Below, in pieces: positions 48,387 to 56,939 of a DNA stretch of 64,000 nucleotides (the first letter of the stretch is position 1; every line of letters begins with the position of its first letter). The stretch is taken from contig JBGSUI010000014.1 in the NCBI GenBank assembly GCA_041736175.1, positions 32,001-96,000 of the forward strand, given 5' to 3'. The stretch is from Oligoflexales bacterium. Lineage in GTDB: Bacteria > Bdellovibrionota_B > Oligoflexia > Oligoflexales > CAIYRB01. A program made the position numbers and the translations under genes. The notes below the pieces were generated by a model. That model did not search any database and was not told the origin of the DNA. It worked only from the letters and a program-made list of their open reading frames with translations.

Positions 48387-49841
48387 ATGGACTATTTATT
48401 TAAGCTAAAAAATTTATGTATATTATTTCTTGCTTCGTCGGTCATCCAGGCTTGCGCTGAATCTAAACCTACAAGAAAATCCATGCGTGTAGCCATCAAC
48501 ACGCCTGCCGATGAGGAACTAGAAGATAAAGATGCTGAAGCAGAACCTGGAGATCCCAAGCCTATCGTTACGGATATTGCCAGTCCCATAACTCCTGAAG
48601 CCCCAGTTGAGCCAGTAAAAGAGACGCAAGAGTCCCTTAAGTTTTTTTCGGCCAGCGTCCATCCACCTCTAGTCGAATGGTGTGGATCCTGTCATAAAAC
48701 AGGAGCGCAGCCACCCTATTTGGCAGATGTGGACGCCAAAAAATCCTATGACGAAATCCTAGTGAGTCACAAAATGGACTTTGCTGATCCGAAAGCTTCT
48801 CGCCTCTATGTAAAAACGGTTGTTGAACAACACCAATGTCCGCCCACCCTCGGCTGCGAAGAGGCAGGGAAAATGTTGCTGCCTATCCTCGAAGAGTGGG
48901 TCAAGGCCTCGGCTGGAAGTGTGGAGATTCCAAAAACGGAGGTTGACGCCAAATTAACCACCGTTTCAAAACTCCTCTCAGAGAGGTTGAGCGTGCGAGA
49001 AGATAGTGGTGCGCCCGAGGGTTCTTTTTATTTTCCAGCAGAGAGCGGTACCTTAAAAGCTCCCCTCGCCGTAAGGGACCGAAAAGAAGGTGAAGGTGGT
49101 AAAATCATCGCCACCGCCGCAGGTGCGGGAAATGACGTCAATTTAGCCAATGCAACCAATAATGCCGCCCTGGGAACAGTGACTTTTACGGTCAATATCA
49201 CCAAGCCTGGTCGTTACCATGCAGTCGGACGGGTGGGGAGTCCCAATGCAGTGGCGGCCAATAACAGCTCTTTCTATATTAAGTTAGATGCGGGGCCGCT
49301 ACTCCTGTGGGACTTTCCGGGGACTAATAATACTTTGATTTATAGCAAGGCTGACCCGACTGTGGCGGGTGGCACTCCCCATGTGTTTGATCTTACCGCT
49401 GGATCCCACACCTTTGAAGTACGCCAAAGACAAGAATTAGCTGAGTTGGATAGCTTTATCTTGACCTCTGACCTAACGTATAATTTTGCTAATTTTGCGG
49501 CAGCCCTCAGGTCCTACAATCAAATGGAGTTTGATATCAGTGCCCAATCTGGTGTCAATGGAGCTAAGCTGACTCTGGACATCGGTGAATACGACGAAAA
49601 ATCTTATATCATTAAGAACCCAAAGATTGCTTTCGGCCAAGGAAAGGTCAAAGTCAAAAGTTTAAAGGTTTTGATTAATGACAAGTTTTTGCCCCAGCAC
49701 GCGACCTTTATGGGGATCAACGAAGAAGTCGCTGCACCTGGAAAAGTACTTTCTCCGGCAACCCTTATTGCCTTAAAAGACAAGGGGAAAGATGCTGATA
49801 AGTTTTCAGTCACTTTTGAAACGATTGAAAGTGTGCCCTAA
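48387..49841 (+). CDS. Lipoprotein: c-type cytochrome domain + beta-sandwich (CBM-like) domain
   Basis: IQAC lipobox; FFSASVHP..WCGSCH; 'AESG..', 'PGRYH', 'LTAGSHTF', 'LDSFILT' resemble CBM6/35-type folds. Confidence 0.72.
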   Translation: MDYLFKLKNLCILFLASSVIQACAESKPTRKSMRVAINTPADEELEDKDAEAEPGDPKPIVTDIASPITPEAPVEPVKETQESLKFFSASVHPPLVEWCGSCHKTGAQPPYLADVDAKKSYDEILVSHKMDFADPKASRLYVKTVVEQHQCPPTLGCEEAGKMLLPILEEWVKASAGSVEIPKTEVDAKLTTVSKLLSERLSVREDSGAPEGSFYFPAESGTLKAPLAVRDRKEGEGGKIIATAAGAGNDVNLANATNNAALGTVTFTVNITKPGRYHAVGRVGSPNAVAANNSSFYIKLDAGPLLLWDFPGTNNTLIYSKADPTVAGGTPHVFDLTAGSHTFEVRQRQELAELDSFILTSDLTYNFANFAAALRSYNQMEFDISAQSGVNGAKLTLDIGEYDEKSYIIKNPKIAFGQGKVKVKSLKVLINDKFLPQHATFMGINEEVAAPGKVLSPATLIALKDKGKDADKFSVTFETIESVP

Positions 49842-50713
49842 TGGGCGGGAGAATTGGGCAGCATATAGTCACGTTTGTCAATCGACGCTAAGGCCTGGAG
49901 CATCGCTTGGATCAAGGCCCGCGTCGTAGGATCAGGATGAGATTTCTCTGCTTTCTTTACGGACTCCTCAACGCTGGGGTGTAAAAGGGTGTTTTGGGCC
50001 AGCGAGACCAAGGCGGCTTCTCCTATTGATTTTTTTTGGGGTTTCGCTCGACCTGCAAATCTTGATACAAGACTTATCACCCGGTCTACATATTTGTTGT
50101 CTCCTGTGGCGCTGAATCCGGCCCACAGCATATTGACCTGACCGATATGTTGGACTTCGCTAAAAAGGGGGTTTAAGGAGCGCGAGGGAATGTTTTTGAG
50201 CATTTCAGCCATTTTTTGACTTTTATCTTTTGGAAAATGGCTTAAAAGAGAGTCTGCGGTTTTTTGCAGATCTTTTTTGTCGGTTAGCCACAAGGCTACG
50301 ACGATCACGGTCCACTGCCTTTCGCTAAAGGATTTTTCCCAACCTTTAATCCAGAGGTTTGCATTGTCTGGGTGAGAATTAAAAATCTGTGCGACAAACA
50401 TACTAGCGACTTCTGGATATTCCATAAGGAGGCCGTTTTTTTCCATAAATAAAAGGGCACTTGTCAGTTCTTCTGGCTTTGGATCTTGGTAGTAATAAAC
50501 AAACCAAGATTTGAAATCATCCATATCCCTAAAAGATCGCGAAACCTGTTGGATATCCGAACTATAAAATCCAAGGGTCTGGCAGGCAGCATTAAATAAA
50601 GATATAAAAAAACATGTAAATACCAGAAAAAATCGATGTCTGAAGCAGCGGCTGGTAAAGAGATCTTTTTGTAGAAAGTAGGACATCAAAACCTTTTTCA
50701 TTTGTCTCACCAC
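49838..50713 (-). CDS. Hypothetical lipoprotein
   Basis: NAAC lipobox-like motif; YYQDP, LWAGFSATGD. Confidence 0.7.
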   Translation of the reverse strand: MVRQMKKVLMSYFLQKDLFTSRCFRHRFFLVFTCFFISLFNAACQTLGFYSSDIQQVSRSFRDMDDFKSWFVYYYQDPKPEELTSALLFMEKNGLLMEYPEVASMFVAQIFNSHPDNANLWIKGWEKSFSERQWTVIVVALWLTDKKDLQKTADSLLSHFPKDKSQKMAEMLKNIPSRSLNPLFSEVQHIGQVNMLWAGFSATGDNKYVDRVISLVSRFAGRAKPQKKSIGEAALVSLAQNTLLHPSVEESVKKAEKSHPDPTTRALIQAMLQALASIDKRDYMLPNSPAH

Positions 50714-50812
50714 CTGAATGGTATCGGCACAGGTGTAAAAAACATAAATCTATGTAGATTAAAATTAAGTAGGCAACCCCAACATCAAGGGACCTGTGAT
50801 AAACTATGATAT

Positions 50813-52078
50813 ATGTCTGACGAAAAAACCATTTCAGCCTTCCGCGCCGTCCCAAGGACCGGTGTCATATTCGTAACGACGGAAGCTTCCCGTTGTGGCT
50901 ACGCCCCAAACGATGAGGACTGGTGCAACCTTGGTCAAGGTCAGCCAGAGACGGGACCCCTACCTGGTGCTCCTGACCGAGTCAAGCAGGTACCAATCGA
51001 TGTCGACGACTGTGAGTATTCACCGACCGCTGGGCTCTGGGAGTTGAGGGAAGCGGTTGCTTCGCTCTACAACAGCCTCTACCGTCGTGGGATGAAAAGC
51101 CAATATAAACCAGAAAATGTATGTATCGCTGGTGGCGGGAGGTCTCTGCTCACCAGAGCCGCAGCAAGTCTTGGGTCAGTCAATTTAGGGCACTTTTTGC
51201 CTGACTATACGGCCTATGAGGAGTTGCTTGATATCTTTAAGGCCTTTACGGCGATCCCTATCCTTCTAGACGGCGAAAATGGCTACAACTTTAGTTCTGA
51301 GGATCTTCGTAAAGAAATTCAGGGACGCGGTCTTTCGGCCTTGCTGTTTTCTAACCCCTGCAACCCAACGGGGAGAGTTGTGGAGGGCGAGGAGATGCAG
51401 AAATGGTGTTCCGTTGCTCGCCAAAACGACTGTAGCTTGCTTGTAGACGAATTTTATTCCCACTATCTCTATCGGAGCCGACCAGGGCAGGTCCCTATGG
51501 TCAGCGCGGCATCTTGTGTTGAAGATGTCGATAAGGATCCAGTGGTGCTTTTTGATGGTTTTACCAAAAATTGGCGCTATCCGGGGTGGCGGGTGGCCTG
51601 GGCCCTTGGACCACAAAAAATCGCAGAGGCCCTGGCGAGTGCTGGATCTTTTCTCGATGGTGGCGGCTCTAAACCCCTCCAGAGAGCGGCGATTGGTTTG
51701 GTTTCTAACGAGCATGTTATGCAGGAGACCCATGCCATCCAAGAATGCTTTCGAGCCAAACGTAACCTGATTGTGCCACGGCTCGAAAATTTAGGCGTAA
51801 AAATTGACCGGGTCCCTGAGGGCACCTTTTACGTATGGGGTTCTGTGGCAGATTTAGCGCCGCCGTTTCAGGATGGAATGAGCTTTTTTAGGGAAGCCTT
51901 AAAGCATAAAGTGATCGTCGTGCCAGGCGAGTTTTTTGACGTCAATCCAGGCAAAAGACGTCGCGGTAGTCATGGCCGCTTTAAGGGATATGTACGCTTT
52001 TCTTTTGGACCAAACCTTAAGACGGTTGCCTTAGCTTTAGATAGGTTGGATAGGATGGTTAAGGCTAGCAAATCTTAA
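50813..52078 (+). CDS. Class I/II PLP-dependent aminotransferase
   Basis: NLGQGQP, SNPCNPTG, DEFY, GFTKNWRYPGWRV, RFSF. Confidence 0.93.
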   Translation: MSDEKTISAFRAVPRTGVIFVTTEASRCGYAPNDEDWCNLGQGQPETGPLPGAPDRVKQVPIDVDDCEYSPTAGLWELREAVASLYNSLYRRGMKSQYKPENVCIAGGGRSLLTRAAASLGSVNLGHFLPDYTAYEELLDIFKAFTAIPILLDGENGYNFSSEDLRKEIQGRGLSALLFSNPCNPTGRVVEGEEMQKWCSVARQNDCSLLVDEFYSHYLYRSRPGQVPMVSAASCVEDVDKDPVVLFDGFTKNWRYPGWRVAWALGPQKIAEALASAGSFLDGGGSKPLQRAAIGLVSNEHVMQETHAIQECFRAKRNLIVPRLENLGVKIDRVPEGTFYVWGSVADLAPPFQDGMSFFREALKHKVIVVPGEFFDVNPGKRRRGSHGRFKGYVRFSFGPNLKTVALALDRLDRMVKASKS

Positions 52079-52083
52079 GCCAC

Positions 52084-52563
52084 CTAAGATTTGATCAGAT
52101 CAGTATAGTATTTAAGATTAACCTTTTCAGCCTTTTCATTGAAAATAGACATGTTTTTGATTTCGGCGTTGGTGATTTGGGGAAACGATTTGTTTCCTGC
52201 TATTTTAACCCACTTTAGGGCACTCCAATTGGGTTTAATATCGTCACAGGTTACATGAACCTGGATGATATCTCCCCATGGATTATTAAGGATTAGCCAA
52301 AAGTCGACGACTGCCAAATAGGTCGTTGAATAGTTATAGACTTCTACTAAAACCATACCCTTTTTGCCGCGTTTTTCGGGAGGTGTGATTTTGAAGTTGA
52401 TATGTGGCCCCAGATCCTTCCGCTGTTTGTAAGCATCGCGATGGATGACCGTACGACTGACGGAGGAGGGAGAGGGATTAGACGGTCTTGTTGGGGCTGC
52501 TGCTAGGGATGTATTGTTAAGAATCAAAGTGAGGATGGCGACCAAAGACATTATATTTATCAT
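52084..52563 (-). CDS. Hypothetical secreted protein
   Basis: Signal peptide ending SLA; overlaps no recognised gene. Confidence 0.7.
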   Translation of the reverse strand: MINIMSLVAILTLILNNTSLAAAPTRPSNPSPSSVSRTVIHRDAYKQRKDLGPHINFKITPPEKRGKKGMVLVEVYNYSTTYLAVVDFWLILNNPWGDIIQVHVTCDDIKPNWSALKWVKIAGNKSFPQITNAEIKNMSIFNEKAEKVNLKYYTDLIKS

Positions 52564-52631
52564 GCAAGGCCCAGCGCAGCAGGTTTTTTAGGACGAAAGA
52601 GGGGAAGGATGACCTTCCCCTTTTAGAGAGA

Positions 52632-53105
52632 CTATTTTTTAGGTTTTGGCTTGTTCCATTTAAGGGGCTTCGGCACCGTCGTGGTGAGGGCCTTGATGGA
52701 AACATATTGTTGGGGGCCAATTTTGCACCATTCGCCATTGATAACACAGTCGAGTTTTTCGCCGTGTTTTGCATAGCGTTTTACAGGAAAGGATTTGTCT
52801 GGACCAGTTCGCACATTGAGTGCAAGGGTCTTCACATAGCGCACCTGGGGCTGGCCATCAAACCCAGGGGCTTCCGTAGATTGAGGTGGTGGCGGTGGAG
52901 GAGGTGGCGGGGGTGGTGGAGGAGGGGCTGGTTCAGGCTCCGGAGCGGGCTGGGGTGCCGTCGCTTCAGCCTCGGAGTCTGCTTCACCACCATCTGCCTT
53001 AGCACTTCCCCCTTCTTCGACTGGCTCCTCGGCTTGCTCATCCCCTGAGCAGGCTCCGACGCCCGTCAAGAGACACATTATTAAAAGTCCCTTTTTCAAA
53101 ATCAT
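52632..53105 (-). CDS. Lipoprotein with poly-Pro linker and C-terminal bacterial SH3 domain
   Basis: AAGGAG RBS, VGAC lipobox, 14 consecutive Pro, LNVRTGP...GEWCKI...YVS (SH3_3). Confidence 0.85.
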   Translation of the reverse strand: MILKKGLLIMCLLTGVGACSGDEQAEEPVEEGGSAKADGGEADSEAEATAPQPAPEPEPAPPPPPPPPPPPPPPQSTEAPGFDGQPQVRYVKTLALNVRTGPDKSFPVKRYAKHGEKLDCVINGEWCKIGPQQYVSIKALTTTVPKPLKWNKPKPKK

Positions 53106-53374
53106 GCCCAGCTCCTTTGCGGGTGCCCTAAGCTCCACAAATAATAAATTTAAAATAGTTCTATTGACTAATAGGTTGCCATGACATGGCCATAAACTCA
53201 AGTTTTTGACCATGGTCATCGGGACTTGGTTGTGATGAAATTAATAAAAAAAATGGGAATTGTTCCGTAATAACATGTAATTATAAATTAAAATGAATTT
53301 TTTGGGGACAAAAAAATCGAAAAAAAACTTGATCCAAGTCCAGATCTATGACACTTGATCAAAGCCGACCGTAT

Positions 53375-53461
53375 GCGAGCGTGTTGGAATTGGTAGACAA
53401 GCTGGTCTCAGAAGCCAGTGCCCGTAAGGGTGTGGAGGTTCAAGTCCTCTCGCTCGCACCA
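53375..53461 (+). tRNA. tRNA-Leu (CAG)
   Basis: 87 nt; GCGAGCG/CGCTCGC acceptor stem, CAG anticodon, long variable arm, GGTTCAAGTCC, encoded CCA. Confidence 0.97.
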
Positions 53462-53554
53462 TAAAGTTTTTAGAGATCTGACTCAGGATTCTTAGTGCCT
53501 GCAGTCTACCCACCCTTAAACAATAAAAGTACAATTTGAGAGATGGGGGCTGGT

Positions 53555-53708
53555 ATGCATATTCTGTGGGATGAGGCAAAGGCTGAAAGCAACATCACGG
53601 AGGCTGCTGATTGTCGTTTGAAGTGATCGCGATGGCGATATAATCCGCATTATTTCAGCACGAAAAACAACAGCAAAAGAAAGGAGGATTTATGAAAAAG
53701 GAGTATGA
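53555..53708 (+). pseudogene. brnT: BrnT family toxin, internally deleted, with frameshift and stop
   Basis: MHILWDEAKAESNI start, then in another frame RLLIVV*SDRDGDIIRIISARKTTAKERRIYE; the middle is missing. Confidence 0.8.
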
Positions 53709-53958
53709 CCTAAAAAAGCTTAGGGCGGTGAAAAAAGGTGCTGTCGTGCCTAAGAAAGGAACGACAGTGGCAAAAACTGTTCAAATTGATCTAGAAATTG
53801 TCACGTGGTTAGTCGCCGAATCAAATCGGCAAGGCTTGAAGTTTGAGTCGCTCCTTAACTCCTTTTTACGAGCCGCAATGACGGGCGGTGGTGCAGTCTT
53901 AACAGAAGAAAAGGTTCGGCAAATCGTTCGTGACGAATTAGAAAAGCACGCGTCCTAA
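53692..53958 (+). CDS. brnA: BrnA family antitoxin
   Basis: MKKEYDL start overlapping the brnT end; RHH-like TVQIDLEIVTWL...FESLLNSFLR. Confidence 0.8.
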   Translation: MKKEYDLKKLRAVKKGAVVPKKGTTVAKTVQIDLEIVTWLVAESNRQGLKFESLLNSFLRAAMTGGGAVLTEEKVRQIVRDELEKHAS

Positions 53959-53967
53959 AATTTTAAC

Positions 53968-54004
53968 AAAACGCCCTTCCCTTCGTTAAAGGGAGGGCGT
54001 TCTT
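53968..54004. terminator. Probable bidirectional intrinsic terminator
   Basis: AACGCCCTTCCCTT-loop-AAGGGAGGGCGTT between brnA and the convergent cluster. Confidence 0.65.
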
Positions 54005-54166
54005 GAGGCTGCTTAAAATCCTATGAACTCGATCGGCTTTTCTTGACACCGACCGTGTTGCGGCGGTTCCCCGCGGATGCTCCGGCCCGGGCGGGGGTTT
54101 CCGCGGCCTTTTCCCGGATGTCCTCGTCGCAGAGGTCCGGCAGGAGTGGGTGACGGCGGGACAATA

Positions 54167-55462
54167 TTAGGTACTAGCGACAATCCTAGGTAGTGCCAAA
54201 ATGGTGTTAGTTCCATCAGGAGCACCGATTTTTTCCTGGTGGTTGGAGACGCGCAACCATGTTCCTGCGAAACGATCTCCGACAAAAAAGAAATTGACGA
54301 TATGCCCCGCGCCTAACGTTTTCCATTCTCGCCCATCGGTCACTGGAATAGAGAGGGGTACCGGTTCAACACGATTTTGGACGGTCCAACTGCGCTGATC
54401 TTTAGCGGCGGACTCAAGATGAAGGGCCCATTCGTCATTGGAGCATTCAGATCCGAATTTTACCTGCTTCCCTTGGAAGCCAACCCCCGCTTTGCTGATC
54501 CAGAGGTCTTTGTCACGAAGAATGTTTTCTGCGATCTCTTGCCCATCGTCAAGCTTGCGGGTGTCAGGGATAAGTCGCTGAATAAGCTCGTGCTCCTCTT
54601 CGCTCAGAACATCTGCCACGTCGCTGGATCTTAGCGATCTTAGCAGGGCCAGGTTGACTTTGTTGTCATTGAGAGCCGAGTTTAATCCTAGATCACCTTG
54701 CGCAATTAAGTCCGAAGGAATTTTTGCAAATATTTCCTGCAAATCCTGACGCTCGTTGAAAAAGTGGGCATAGGCGAAGGCACGAAACACATAGGCCCTC
54801 GGGTGGCGGGGCACGTTCAGAATGTCGTCGCCTAGAACGAGGGATACCTCCAATCCCTTTTTGCGCAATGATTCGATGACTTGGGTGCGCTCGTTTTCCA
54901 AATCCTGAGGGCGGTCTTTAAGGTCCCACCAAAAAACTTTAAGTCCTGATTGCTGTTTGTCGCTTAAATAGTTTGCGAACAAATCAAAGGTTTTTAGGAC
55001 TTCGTCTAAACCACCTCGGCTCTCTTGCTGCCAGAATTGGCGGAGTTTGGGGTTTAGATTAAAAAAGCTCTTTGCATAGATCTCACCGTAAATGGCTAGT
55101 GCCCCGTTATCAATATTCATCTCAATAACTTTGAGGCCATCCCGGGTGAGTATGCAGTCTGGTCGAAAAATGCTCGGCTGCCATGGAAGGGCGTCGTGCT
55201 GGGCGAATGTTAGAAAGTCTTTTGGCATCCCCTGCATTTGTAAAAATGCGCTTCGCGACAAGCCTAAACGCCGGGGAAGATCGCAGATTAGTATCTTTAA
55301 TCGAAGCAAATCAGAGGCAGTCTTGTTGAGGCTTTGTTCATCGAATTCAATATCAGGGCAGGCAAAAAAAACAGGGCTCTCTCGCACCAGGTTAAATCGG
55401 TGCGCCCAGGTGGCGACTGCGGCAGAAATTTCCTGCGGGCAGCCCGCTATGTTCCACTTCAT
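54167..55462 (-). CDS. Glutathionylspermidine-synthase-like / circularly permuted ATP-grasp amide ligase
   Basis: RPD...KVIEMN (R-x-D/E-x-N), DNK, WISK.G.GFQG..V..G, WTVQ. Confidence 0.75.
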   Translation of the reverse strand: MKWNIAGCPQEISAAVATWAHRFNLVRESPVFFACPDIEFDEQSLNKTASDLLRLKILICDLPRRLGLSRSAFLQMQGMPKDFLTFAQHDALPWQPSIFRPDCILTRDGLKVIEMNIDNGALAIYGEIYAKSFFNLNPKLRQFWQQESRGGLDEVLKTFDLFANYLSDKQQSGLKVFWWDLKDRPQDLENERTQVIESLRKKGLEVSLVLGDDILNVPRHPRAYVFRAFAYAHFFNERQDLQEIFAKIPSDLIAQGDLGLNSALNDNKVNLALLRSLRSSDVADVLSEEEHELIQRLIPDTRKLDDGQEIAENILRDKDLWISKAGVGFQGKQVKFGSECSNDEWALHLESAAKDQRSWTVQNRVEPVPLSIPVTDGREWKTLGAGHIVNFFFVGDRFAGTWLRVSNHQEKIGAPDGTNTILALPRIVAST

Positions 55463-56715
55463 AATTCAACCTTTTTGGAGATTCTGACTTGAATCAAATG
55501 ATGAACAATAAAGACCGTCGCTAGCCCTACCCCATTTGCTAGTACCAGCAGGGTACTTAAAAATTGAGACTTTGAGGCGAAGTGAAACGAGTCACTGATT
55601 GTCTGACTTGCTAAAACTGCGCAGAGAAGTTGTGCGGCGGGCAAACAAATCCAGCTAAGGCCTCGGGCGGTTGCGAAGACTCTACCCCGATATTCCGCCC
55701 CCACGTTTTCCTGAAGCATCACTTTCGCCTTCAAATCGATGACACCAAGTAACATCCCTAACATGAAGTTAACCGCAAAGATGAACGACCTTTCGTCGAA
55801 AAGACCAATAACTATGTTAGCCACAGCGATCAGTGCCATCGGTACATGAAGTGTTTTAATCGCGCCCATTGCTTTTGGCCGGGTGCTCTGCAAGAAACCC
55901 ATGGCAAGGGACCCAAACGCTATCGCCGACAAGACGATTCCGGAGGTTTCTGATGAGTAACGCTCCAAAAAAAGGGGAGTTGAAAGATTCGTGCTTATAC
56001 CAGCAAAGAAATTGGACACGAAAAAAAGCGCAATAATTTGTAAAACCACGAAATTGCCACGAAGATATTCAAAACCTGCTTTTACCTCGCGAAAGTAACT
56101 GCCCGCCCTTGAATTTTGCCGCTTGCCAGCCCCAGACTTAAAGAACAAAAACACGACGATTGACGACAACAAAAAAGTCATACCGTCGAAAAGCAGAATG
56201 GCTTGAAGACTGACCCAAGACGAAAGAACTCCAGCCAATGACGGGGCAAGCAAGCCGGCAAATGAATTGGCAGTGGAGAAGTACCCGTTGTACCGTGATA
56301 AATCATCGCCGCTGAATGCCGCCGGCAAAAAAGAATTCAACGCGATCCATTGAAGAGCCCCAATACCCGCGGTTACAAAAACAAGGGTATAGATGATCCA
56401 CTGTTGACCACCGACCGTGCCTGAACCGTGCAAAAAAAGGCTCATCCCTGCGAGGATCGTCAGCAGACCTAAGGCAACGTCTCCGACGCCAAAAACAAAT
56501 CGAAAATTAGATCGGTCGACGAGGGCTCCCCCAAAGAGAGAGCTCAAGATATTAGGCAAAAAACTCAGGAATAAAATTAGACTGTATGCAGACACATTCT
56601 GGGTCTGACGATAGACCCAGAAGCCAATGGCAACGTGACTGATTCGGCTGCCCACCATCGATACAACCTGACCAAGAACAAACAGATTCATGGCCGCTTT
56701 TGGGACGGTTCTCAC
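55459..56715 (-). CDS. MFS efflux transporter
   Basis: GQVVSMVGS, GGALVDR motif A, YRGRVFA; about 12 TM helices. Confidence 0.92.
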   Translation of the reverse strand: MRTVPKAAMNLFVLGQVVSMVGSRISHVAIGFWVYRQTQNVSAYSLILFLSFLPNILSSLFGGALVDRSNFRFVFGVGDVALGLLTILAGMSLFLHGSGTVGGQQWIIYTLVFVTAGIGALQWIALNSFLPAAFSGDDLSRYNGYFSTANSFAGLLAPSLAGVLSSWVSLQAILLFDGMTFLLSSIVVFLFFKSGAGKRQNSRAGSYFREVKAGFEYLRGNFVVLQIIALFFVSNFFAGISTNLSTPLFLERYSSETSGIVLSAIAFGSLAMGFLQSTRPKAMGAIKTLHVPMALIAVANIVIGLFDERSFIFAVNFMLGMLLGVIDLKAKVMLQENVGAEYRGRVFATARGLSWICLPAAQLLCAVLASQTISDSFHFASKSQFLSTLLVLANGVGLATVFIVHHLIQVRISKKVEL

Positions 56716-56939
56716 AGGAGGGCCTCGACACTTTGAGTGATTTTCGCAATCGAGCGAAGTCGGTCCCTTGCCAGTGCTTCTGGGGGGAGTTCGACGCCAA
56801 ATTCGCCTTCGATATCGACGACCAACTCCATCATCATAAGGGAGTCAAAGCCGTTGCCATAGAGGTCGGTATCGAATTCAATGACATGATTGACGCGTTT
56901 TTTCACGAGACCCAGGATTCTTTCAGAAACGTTAGGCAT
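56712..56939 (-). CDS. Stand-alone acyl/aminoacyl carrier protein (75 aa)
   Basis: AAGGA RBS; GFDSL phosphopantetheine Ser motif, IEGEFGVELP. Confidence 0.9.
   Translation of the reverse strand: MPNVSERILGLVKKRVNHVIEFDTDLYGNGFDSLMMMELVVDIEGEFGVELPPEALARDRLRSIAKITQSVEALL

Noticed and set aside
53346..53579. 77-aa minus-strand ORF
   Set aside because: Antisense translation of tRNA-Leu
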